37,371 nucleotides of DNA from a virus. The stretch lies in the IMG/VR virus record IMGVR_UViG_3300045988_009599. One strand, given 5' to 3'. Under the pieces are notes generated by a model that saw nothing but the letters and a program-made list of their open reading frames with translations, was not told where the DNA came from and ran no database searches. A program made the position numbers and the translations under genes. Positions 1-6,206 of this stretch are shown here, one piece after another. Numbering within the stretch: position 1 is the stretch's first letter; each line of letters opens with the position of its first letter.

Positions 1-119
1 CAATATGCTCATAATACGCCATGAGCTTGCGCTCCGGTCCCGGCCCGTCCTTATCGCACAAAAACGCCTTGGCCAGAGCGGCGTAAAACTCTGGGCGGTT
101 GAGTCCAAACTCTACGGCG
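1..119. repeat. Terminal direct repeat, copy 1 (identical to 37253-37371)
   Basis: caatatgctcataatacgccatgagc...ctctacggcg is read identically at both window ends. Confidence 0.95.
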
Positions 120-460
120 ACGGGGTAGTAGTCCGAGTACATCATGTTGAGCGTCACGCCCCACGCCCAGCGTGGGATCTCGTTTGGCTGAATGCCCATG
201 CTCTCGGCCACGGCCGTTGTCTGTTCCATCGTCCAGTGCGGGCCGGTCGTGCCGTCGGCGTTTTGCATGTGGGCTGCCCACTGCATCGCCGTTTCGCGAT
301 CAAATGCGGCCGTCTCCGGCTCGTCGTGGTGCCCGTGCAGCTTTTCGAGCCTGCAGATCGTCTTCGCGTACAGTCCGACTTCCTCCGCGCTGCCCAGCGT
401 CACGGGTTTCTCCATGGCCTCGTGCAGCTTTGTGTAAAGCTTTTCGATATATTCTTTCAT
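2..460 (-). CDS. Hypothetical cargo protein (about 155 aa) that wraps across the circle junction
   Basis: ATG at 458-460 follows AGGAGG. The frame stays open to the window start and continues in the terminal repeat to TAG at 37245-37247 (MKEYIEKLYTKLHEAMEKP...MAYYEHIAK). No family recognised. Confidence 0.7.
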   Translation of the reverse strand, partial: MKEYIEKLYTKLHEAMEKPVTLGSAEEVGLYAKTICRLEKLHGHHDEPETAAFDRETAMQWAAHMQNADGTTGPHWTMEQTTAVAESMGIQPNEIPRWAWGVTLNMMYSDYYPVAVEFGLNRPEFYAALAKAFLCDKDGPGPERKLMAYYEHI

Positions 461-464
461 CTCG

Positions 465-803
465 TCATGCCTCCTGGATATACCGGTAGAGTTTATCGAC
501 GTCGTTCTGGTCAAACCGCATATCGCCCAGCAGCGGGACGGATACGGTCAGCTTGTTTTCAAAGCGCGGCCTGGCCGCGTTGTAGAGCTTGTCGAAATCG
601 ATGTTCCCGGCGTCGTCAAAGATCTGCATCATCTTGACCGCCGGATTCTCGCGCAGCGCAAGGATCTTTTCGCGGCTGCCCTCCATGATGAGCGCCAGCA
701 TGATCCCGGCCCCGATGCCCTTGCCGCCCGGCAGGTGCGGGATGACCTCATTGTCTGCGTAGCGCATCGCTCCGCGCATGGCCTGATCTATCGTCACTGT
801 CAT
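465..803 (-). CDS. Hypothetical cargo protein, 112 aa
   Basis: ORF-track ORF with AAGGAGG upstream. Short hydrophobic segment GIGAGIMLALIM. Tightly packed with its neighbours. Confidence 0.65.
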   Translation of the reverse strand: MTVTIDQAMRGAMRYADNEVIPHLPGGKGIGAGIMLALIMEGSREKILALRENPAVKMMQIFDDAGNIDFDKLYNAARPRFENKLTVSVPLLGDMRFDQNDVDKLYRYIQEA

Positions 804-852
804 TGCAGATTTCCTCCTTTAAGGATGGGGCGGCTATTGCCGCCCCTTGCGT

Positions 853-1488
853 TTAGCCGTTGCAGCACCCGCCGCACTTCGGGATCGGGTTGTAGAGCGA
901 CTGCGCCGTGGTCGCGGTGCCCGTGGTGACGTCGGCGACCTGCTTGGGATAAAAGGTCGCGTTGACGTAGGTGACGATGGAGTTATCACCGCAGCAGCGG
1001 CGCTCGGCCTCCATCTTGACCGCATCAAGCGCTTCCTTGCGGACGGACTCGACGTCCTGCTTGACCAGCGCGAAGCTGTCCTCGGTGCGCTGGTTGTGGA
1101 CGGCCTGCTTGCACAGCGCCTCACGGACGTCCTTGAGCTGCCCGTCGATATAACCGTACATCTCCAGCATCTTGCCGTCGTTGTACGTGTTGGCCTTGAG
1201 CAGCGCGATCTCGCTGTCCTTCGCGGCCAGCTTCTGCTCCCGTTCAAGATCGTAGCGCGTGACCGGCATGTTCTCGCTGCACGTCGGCTCCTGCTGCCGT
1301 GCGGCGAGCATGGCGGCGACCGTCATGGCAGGCGTGACCGCCGCAGCGATGTCAGCGGCTGCCGGCTTGTTGTTCTGTCCGATGCCGCCCAGCAGATTGC
1401 CGAGCCCGCCGTTTGCCAGACCCAGCGCGGCGCCGCCGATGCCAAAGCCCAGCGCAGTCCCTGCGAGTCCCTTACTTGCGTATTCCAT
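853..1488 (-). CDS. Hypothetical glycine-zipper / coiled-coil protein with Cys-rich C-terminus, 211 aa
   Basis: GGAGG upstream of the ATG. N-terminus GLAGTALGFGIGGAALGLANGGLGNLLGG, helical middle region, C-terminus KCGGCCNG. Confidence 0.65.
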   Translation of the reverse strand: MEYASKGLAGTALGFGIGGAALGLANGGLGNLLGGIGQNNKPAAADIAAAVTPAMTVAAMLAARQQEPTCSENMPVTRYDLEREQKLAAKDSEIALLKANTYNDGKMLEMYGYIDGQLKDVREALCKQAVHNQRTEDSFALVKQDVESVRKEALDAVKMEAERRCCGDNSIVTYVNATFYPKQVADVTTGTATTAQSLYNPIPKCGGCCNG

Positions 1489-1585
1489 ATAAAATCCTCC
1501 GGTAAAAGTAAGTAAGCTGGCCAGCTCCTATCCTTAGTCTACCGTTTCCCCCCGCTCCGCTGGGGGACATTTGCGGGACGTCTGT

Positions 1586-1607
1586 GTACCATTTATGTAC
1601 CATTTAT
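1586..1607. repeat. Tandem 11-bp direct repeat gtaccatttat x2 in a divergent control region
   Basis: Read directly at 1586-1596 and 1597-1607. It lies between the cargo operon start (1488) and the plus-strand promoter (1631). Confidence 0.8.
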
Positions 1608-1630
1608 TTTTTTAATTTTTTATTTTCCTC

Positions 1631-1659
1631 TTGACATTTACACGCATTGCGTGTATAAT
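1631..1659 (+). promoter_or_regulatory. Consensus sigma-70-type promoter with palindromic operator (cassette A)
   Basis: TTGACA (1631-1636), 17-nt spacer, TATAAT (1654-1659). An A/T-rich tract lies upstream. The perfect 15-bp palindrome ACACGCATTGCGTGT sits at 1640-1654. Confidence 0.8.
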
Positions 1660-1797
1660 AAAGCCATAAGATAAAGCAAGGCGAAAGCCGGGGAGGAAAT
1701 TAAAATGTACGAAATGAACAGAGATATGATGGATACCATGATTCGCGACTGGCTGGCAGACAATGCAGAAGAGATGGCCGATCTGGTCGTTGACTAC
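1631..1797. repeat. Direct repeat copy 1 (promoter + 5'UTR + first 31 codons); partner at 2287-2452
   Basis: Near-identical on reading: one 1-nt indel in the UTR and very few substitutions. Divergence begins after codon 31. Confidence 0.9.
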
Positions 1798-1902
1798 GAC
1801 AGCATCCGTTATGACGAGGATGAGTGGATTGCTGACGCGCACGACGACAACACCAGCTACACGCTCAAGGCTGACAATGATGGCTTCGTCCACATCTGCT
1901 GA
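1705..1902 (+). CDS. Small hyper-acidic protein, 65 aa (candidate anti-defence / DNA-mimic protein)
   Basis: GGGGAGG RBS. 19 D/E against 4 K/R. First gene behind the consensus promoter. Paralog of 2360-2566. Confidence 0.75.
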   Translation: MYEMNRDMMDTMIRDWLADNAEEMADLVVDYDSIRYDEDEWIADAHDDNTSYTLKADNDGFVHIC

Positions 1903-1916
1903 TAGGAGGAAGCCGC

Positions 1917-2255
1917 ATGAAGCTCACACCTACAACCCGCGCCGCGCTCTATGCCAAGGCCGGTGCGTACGCCAACCGCAATGTCTATATTTCAGATATG
2001 GCGCTATCAAGCATCTGGGGCGGTGCCGAATGCACCGAGAGCCCAGTGGAGCGTCTTGCACTGCTCGGCGCGATCTGGGACGGCGCGCATTGCACGATCC
2101 CGGAGCTGCTCAAAAAGCACGGTCTGACGCAGACCGGCTTTGCACAGTATTTTAATATTCCGCTCCGCACCGTGCAGGACTGGTGCGGCGGGCGAAGATC
2201 GTGCCCGCCGTATGTGGTCGCGATGGCAGCGGAGATTTTAAGCAAAAACGTGTAA
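1917..2255 (+). CDS. HTH DNA-binding protein, 112 aa (Aca-like candidate regulator)
   Basis: AGGAGG RBS. C-terminus GLTQTGFAQYFNIPLRTVQDWCGGRRSCPPYVVAMAAEIL looks like an XRE/Cro-type HTH and is paralogous to the C-terminus of 2557-3255. Confidence 0.75.
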   Translation: MKLTPTTRAALYAKAGAYANRNVYISDMALSSIWGGAECTESPVERLALLGAIWDGAHCTIPELLKKHGLTQTGFAQYFNIPLRTVQDWCGGRRSCPPYVVAMAAEILSKNV

Positions 2256-2286
2256 CAACAAATTTTGCAATTCCCCCAAAAACCCC

Positions 2287-2315
2287 TTGACATTTGCACG
2301 CATTGCGTGTATAAT
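2287..2315 (+). promoter_or_regulatory. Consensus sigma-70-type promoter with palindromic operator (cassette B)
   Basis: TTGACA (2287-2292), 17-nt spacer, TATAAT (2310-2315). Palindrome CACGCATTGCGTG at 2297-2309. Confidence 0.8.
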
Positions 2316-2452
2316 AAGCCATAAGATAAAGCAAGGCGAAAGCCGGGGAGGAAATTAAAATGTACGAAATGAACAGAGATATGATGGACACCATGATTCG
2401 CGACTGGCTGGCAGACAATGCAGAAGAGATGGCCGATCTGGTCGTTGACTAC
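2287..2452. repeat. Direct repeat copy 2 (partner of 1631-1797)
   Basis: See copy 1. Confidence 0.9.
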
Positions 2453-2566
2453 GGCAGCATCCGGTACGACGAAGACGAGGAAGAGTGGGTCGCCGACGCG
2501 CACGATGACAGCACCAGTTATACCCTTGTTGCCGATAGCGACGGAAGCATCCGCATTTGCTACTGA
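2360..2566 (+). CDS. Small hyper-acidic protein, 68 aa (paralog of 1705-1902)
   Basis: The first 31 residues are identical to the paralog and the C-terminal half has diverged. 20 D/E against 4 K/R. Confidence 0.75.
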   Translation: MYEMNRDMMDTMIRDWLADNAEEMADLVVDYGSIRYDEDEEEWVADAHDDSTSYTLVADSDGSIRICY

Positions 2567-3255
2567 AAATGTCGGATCGTAAACCTGATGTGCCACGCCG
2601 CACGATCGGATCTTCCGATCTGTGCGTGCGCTGCGGGAAAGAGTACATTGTAACTGGGCCCAGGCAGAAATATTGCCCTGGCTGTGCACAGCATCGTAAT
2701 CCCAACCGTAAAATAGGCGGCACTGGAATTTGCGTTAACTGCGGGAAGGAGTATATTATAACCTCCCCCGCGAAAATGCTGTGCCCGGATTGCGCGCCGA
2801 AATATAAGCCAAGACTCCACTCGGTCGCTGCCGACGCCATCGATGGAGCGGCCCACCGGCAGCTCGGGTCCGTTTCCATCTGCTTGCAGTGTGGCAAAGA
2901 GTATGTCGTGCTAAGCGGACGGCAGAAATATTGCCCTTTGTGCTCCGTTTCGATCTCAAGGAGATTGGGTCCACCGCGTCCGCATCCTAAAAAGCAAAAG
3001 CATCCAGATAAAAAGCGTCACACCACTGTGAGCGATTCGCTCTGCGAGCCTGCCCGTACATTGTTGGGGCTTCTCGACCGATACGGCATATCCCAGCGCC
3101 GATTTGCCGAGTATTTTGGCATCGATGTGACGCTCGTCAACAGGTGGTGTACCGGGACGCGCAAGTGCCCGGAGTATGTGGTCAATATGGCTGCAAAAAT
3201 TTTGTCCTTCTCGGCGCAGGAGCTGCAAGACGTCGAGACGGAAGATCATGATTAA
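2557..3255 (+). CDS. Triple zinc-ribbon + C-terminal HTH protein, 232 aa (start TTG 2557 or ATG 2569)
   Basis: Three repeats of C-x2-CGKEY...(Y/L)CP-x-C. C-terminal HTH GISQRRFAEYFGIDVTLVNRWCTGTRKCPEYVVNMAAKIL is paralogous to 1917-2255. Confidence 0.7.
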   Translation: MLLKMSDRKPDVPRRTIGSSDLCVRCGKEYIVTGPRQKYCPGCAQHRNPNRKIGGTGICVNCGKEYIITSPAKMLCPDCAPKYKPRLHSVAADAIDGAAHRQLGSVSICLQCGKEYVVLSGRQKYCPLCSVSISRRLGPPRPHPKKQKHPDKKRHTTVSDSLCEPARTLLGLLDRYGISQRRFAEYFGIDVTLVNRWCTGTRKCPEYVVNMAAKILSFSAQELQDVETEDHD

Positions 3256-3262
3256 AAAAGCA

Positions 3263-3289
3263 AGCCCGTGGAGTGATCCACGGGCTTTT
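3263..3289. terminator. Bidirectional rho-independent terminator
   Basis: Stem agcccgtgga / tccacgggct with loop gtga. A T-run follows on the plus strand and an A-run precedes it. Confidence 0.75.
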
Positions 3290-3539
3290 ACTCTGTATGC
3301 TGCCTCCCGGCGATGCGGCGGGCAATTGTGATGATGTGCGGCAGGCGGCGGGAGATGGTTTTGCGGTCGACGCCGATCTCGGCGGCGGCGTCCATCTGCG
3401 GGAGCCTGCGCACGATATAAAGCTTCACGATCTGCTGATCGATCTGATCCAGTATGCCCTCGTCAGTGATGTGCTCCCAGTCGCTGCGCGTGAGGTGTTC
3501 CAGCTCCTTCGGCAGAGCCAGCCGCGCAGTTATTTGCTG
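3288..3539 (-). pseudogene. Sigma-70 region-4-like HTH reading frame lacking a canonical start (possible decayed gene or non-canonical start)
   Basis: 83 sense codons run stop to stop (..LALPKELEHLTRSDWEHITDEGILDQIDQQIVKLYIVRRLPQMDAAAEIGVDRKTISRRLPHIITIARRIAGRQHTE). The first ATG/GTG/TTG leaves only 46 aa. GGGAG lies 9 nt upstream of an in-frame ATA. Confidence 0.35.
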
Positions 3540-3571
3540 TCACTCCCTTCTGCCCGCCGTCCTGGCAGGTT

Positions 3572-4273
3572 TTATCTCATGGCAGCAGCCAGTTTTTTCA
3601 GGAGATCATCGCCGTACTTGTAATCGGCAAGATATTTGATCGTGTTGTCCGCAAGTCCGGCCTTTGCCTTGATGGTCTTCTTGGCGTCCTCGACGGCCTT
3701 GTCGACGGTTTTCGTGTTGTAGTCCACCCACGGGAGCTTGCCGTGCTTCTGCCATACGCGGCTGTTGTAGCCGCCCTTGACACCGATGTTGCCGACGCCA
3801 GTGATCTGCACGCCATTATCCCAGATGGGCGTACACTCAACGGCCAAGCCGTCTCCGATGTACATGCCCCAGTGTCCGGGCATCCACAGGCCTTCGCCTG
3901 GGACGAGTTTGTCCCAGCCGGACGCGGATACGTCCTGACACTTCGCGATCATGCCGTCTGCGGAGACGTCCGGGACGGCGTTTCCGGCGTAGCGTGCGCC
4001 GCCGTGGTATGCATTTTTGTTTCCGTTCCAGCCCCACAGGATCCCCTTTGTGAGATTCACGCAGTCAAAGCCAAAGTAGCCCTTCCCGATCAGCCCGCGG
4101 AATCTGGCCTGCTTTGCTGCGTCGTACCAGTCTGGGTATTGCTTGGCCTTCTCTGCGATGATCCCATCCGTGACCGGCGAGCCGAAGCAGCCCCACATGT
4201 ACACGGTTTTATAGTTCTTCGCGACTTCGATATGCCTTTTTACAAGCTCGGACGCTCTCATAACGTAACTCAT
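3572..4273 (-). CDS. Endolysin, NlpC/P60-like cysteine peptidase
   Basis: 233 aa. FGFDCVNLTKG (catalytic Cys context) and GHWGMYIGDGLAVE (His context). Lies directly downstream of the holin genes. Confidence 0.75.
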   Translation of the reverse strand: MSYVMRASELVKRHIEVAKNYKTVYMWGCFGSPVTDGIIAEKAKQYPDWYDAAKQARFRGLIGKGYFGFDCVNLTKGILWGWNGNKNAYHGGARYAGNAVPDVSADGMIAKCQDVSASGWDKLVPGEGLWMPGHWGMYIGDGLAVECTPIWDNGVQITGVGNIGVKGGYNSRVWQKHGKLPWVDYNTKTVDKAVEDAKKTIKAKAGLADNTIKYLADYKYGDDLLKKLAAAMR

Positions 4274-4578
4274 ACCCGCTCACTCCCGTACAGCTCGTGG
4301 TGCAGCTGCAGCACGGCGGCCTCGATCAATTTATCAATAACCTTGCTATCAAATGTGATCCCTTTTTCGGCCAAAAAGCTGAGAACATACGCCTTTTTCG
4401 CCGGGCCGTCCGTCGCGTCATAGAGCTGCTCCGCAGCCTTTACGCCGATCTCGACGTATGTTTTGATGGTTTGCAGCTTGTTGGCGTCGATCTTGGTTTT
4501 GAGCCATGGGATCAGAAACGCCGAAACGAGCGCGCTGATGAGCGCGATCACTGCTGAGATGATCTGTGTGTAGTCCAT
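4270..4578 (-). CDS. Holin, LL-H-like family
   Basis: 102 aa. N-terminal TM helix IISAVIALISALVSAFLIPWL followed by a helical tail. Overlaps the endolysin start by 4 nt. Confidence 0.7.
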   Translation of the reverse strand: MDYTQIISAVIALISALVSAFLIPWLKTKIDANKLQTIKTYVEIGVKAAEQLYDATDGPAKKAYVLSFLAEKGITFDSKVIDKLIEAAVLQLHHELYGSERV

Positions 4579-4591
4579 ATGTATACTCCTT

Positions 4592-4849
4592 TCAGTCCTT
4601 CAGCACGATCTCCGCGATACGTGCCGCCGCTTCCGGGCCGTATTTCTCGGCCCATTTATCCATGTACTTCTGCGCGTACTTCGCGCGGTTCTCATTTTTG
4701 GCTTTCCAGAGGTAAAAGCCGCTGGAGGCCGTCGTTTCAGCCAGCACCGCAAGCGTGATCTCTGTCAGGTCTGCGCCTGCCGCGCAGGCGATAATGAGTG
4801 CGAGGCTGACGAGCGCGCTGCAGATCAGCCACTTCTTGCTAAACTCCAT
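4592..4849 (-). CDS. Holin-like small membrane protein
   Basis: 85 aa. TM segment WLICSALVSLALIIACAAG and a charged C-terminus. Confidence 0.6.
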   Translation of the reverse strand: MEFSKKWLICSALVSLALIIACAAGADLTEITLAVLAETTASSGFYLWKAKNENRAKYAQKYMDKWAEKYGPEAAARIAEIVLKD

Positions 4850-5180
4850 TGCGTTCGCACTGCGCCTCCAGCTGGTGCAAAAACTTTTTTACATCGCCGT
4901 TTCCGCCCAGCTTGACGTATTTCTGCCCGGCAATCAAACGCTCTGCCATTGGCATTTCCTCCGACATGATGGTCAGCCGGAGGATCGCCAGATACTGCTC
5001 ATCCTGATGCTCCTGCATTTTCCCGAGCTTTTTGTCGATCTCGGCTAGGTGCGCCTCCTGCGTCGTGGCCTTGCCGCGCTTTTTCTGTATCGCGCCGACG
5101 ACGGCATTGACGACCGCCGTCAGCGCGGACGATCCGAGCACGGCGCAGACGAGTGTAACGATGATGGTTTTGGTGTCCAT
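4839..5180 (-). CDS. Small membrane protein of the lysis cassette (holin/antiholin-like)
   Basis: 113 aa. GGGAG RBS. N-terminal TM IIVTLVCAVLGSSALTAVVNAVVGAI. Confidence 0.55.
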   Translation of the reverse strand: MDTKTIIVTLVCAVLGSSALTAVVNAVVGAIQKKRGKATTQEAHLAEIDKKLGKMQEHQDEQYLAILRLTIMSEEMPMAERLIAGQKYVKLGGNGDVKKFLHQLEAQCERNGV

Positions 5181-5201
5181 GGCGTTCTCCCTTCCGCGTT
5201 A

Positions 5202-5528
5202 TCAGATCGGCACAAAGGCCGCGTCTGTCCAGTCGGCCTTTTTCCCGGCCGCGCCCATCCAGACCTTGATCTCGCCGTTGTGCGTGTAGTACGCGTTCTG
5301 GATGAGGGTCATGCCGGAGGCCCACACGATTGGGTTGTCCGCCGTGCCGGCTTTCACGGCCTGCTCAACGTACTCCTGCCGGACGAGGATCTTGTTTACG
5401 TAGATGTTGCGCCAGTCGTAGCCCAGCTTGTCCGATTGCGTCACGTCCTCCGTGATGCCGCCCGCCTCCTGCACCAGCTTGCCGTCCTTGATGGCGGTTT
5501 TGAGCTTTTCCAATTTATCCTGCGTCAT
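5202..5528 (-). CDS. Hypothetical phage protein, 108 aa
   Basis: ATG at 5526-5528 has GGAGG 6 nt upstream (MTQDKLEKLKTAIKDG...). Confidence 0.6.
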   Translation of the reverse strand: MTQDKLEKLKTAIKDGKLVQEAGGITEDVTQSDKLGYDWRNIYVNKILVRQEYVEQAVKAGTADNPIVWASGMTLIQNAYYTHNGEIKVWMGAAGKKADWTDAAFVPI

Positions 5529-5832
5529 AGGCTGCCTCCAGTTCTGCAAGCGCGGCTTCCGCCTCGGTCAGCGGGACGGCTGCGCCATGCTGCTCGTAGC
5601 TTCCGACCGGCTCATTGCCTTTTAGCGTATGCCCTTCCAGCCGGTACACTGTATCATCCAGCGCCCTGTATTTGTTCCCGTCCTCGTCCGTCTGCAGGAT
5701 GGCTCTTTTTGCGCAGAATCCATCCGCTTTGCTCTCCTCGCATGGCACATAGCACCCGTTCTGGTGCAGTTTGATCGGGATCACACTGTCTGCGTATCCG
5801 TCAAACGTTCCTTCTCTTGAGACGATATACAT
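5515..5832 (-). CDS. Hypothetical phage protein, 105 aa
   Basis: ATG at 5830-5832 has GGAGGG upstream (MYIVSREGTFDGY...). Confidence 0.6.
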   Translation of the reverse strand: MYIVSREGTFDGYADSVIPIKLHQNGCYVPCEESKADGFCAKRAILQTDEDGNKYRALDDTVYRLEGHTLKGNEPVGSYEQHGAAVPLTEAEAALAELEAAYDAG

Positions 5833-6206
5833 GCTTTCCCTCCGATCTTTTCCGTGTATATTTGTTTCAGCCGGCTTGTGCTTGCGGTACGCAGCCGGTT
5901 TTTCCAGTAGCTGTTTTCTTGCCCCGGCCATTTTTCATCCGTAAAGTCTTCACCACAGCCGTGCTTTGCATACCATTGATAGAGGCGTTCAAGCATTTTC
6001 TGCCGCTCGGCACCTTCCTGCGTGTTCGGCCTGAAATGCTCCCATCCGTTTTCGGACGTCGCAGCGCATATCCGCCTGCCGTCCGATGCAAACAGAAACC
6101 CTTCGATTTCCGATACCACAGTTCCGTACCGGAGATTAAATTCCCCCTCTATCCCCGCTCCACGAAACCGCTTATATACGATATACTCCATGTGCTTGTC
6201 CCTCAT
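5781..6206 (-). CDS. Hypothetical phage protein, about 141 aa
   Basis: ATGA start/stop overlap with the RBP gene at 6203-6206. An alternative ATG lies at 6191. Confidence 0.55.
   Translation of the reverse strand: MRDKHMEYIVYKRFRGAGIEGEFNLRYGTVVSEIEGFLFASDGRRICAATSENGWEHFRPNTQEGAERQKMLERLYQWYAKHGCGEDFTDEKWPGQENSYWKNRLRTASTSRLKQIYTEKIGGKACISSQEKERLTDTQTV

Noticed and set aside
1-119. The 119-nt terminal repeats interpreted as attL/attR or as insertion target duplications.
   Set aside because: The repeat lies inside a CDS that is only complete when the ends are joined. Serine integrases recombine at a 2-bp core and leave no long direct repeats. No host sequence is present at either end.
5-637. 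A 210-aa plus-strand ORF at the window start.
   Set aside because: It is antisense to two minus-strand genes with strong RBSs. The translation is R/A/L-rich with no recognisable features.
3273-3623. A 116-aa plus-strand ORF between the acr-like cassette and the endolysin.
   Set aside because: It begins inside the terminator hairpin, has no RBS, and is the antisense shadow of the HTH-like minus-strand frame and of the endolysin 3' end.
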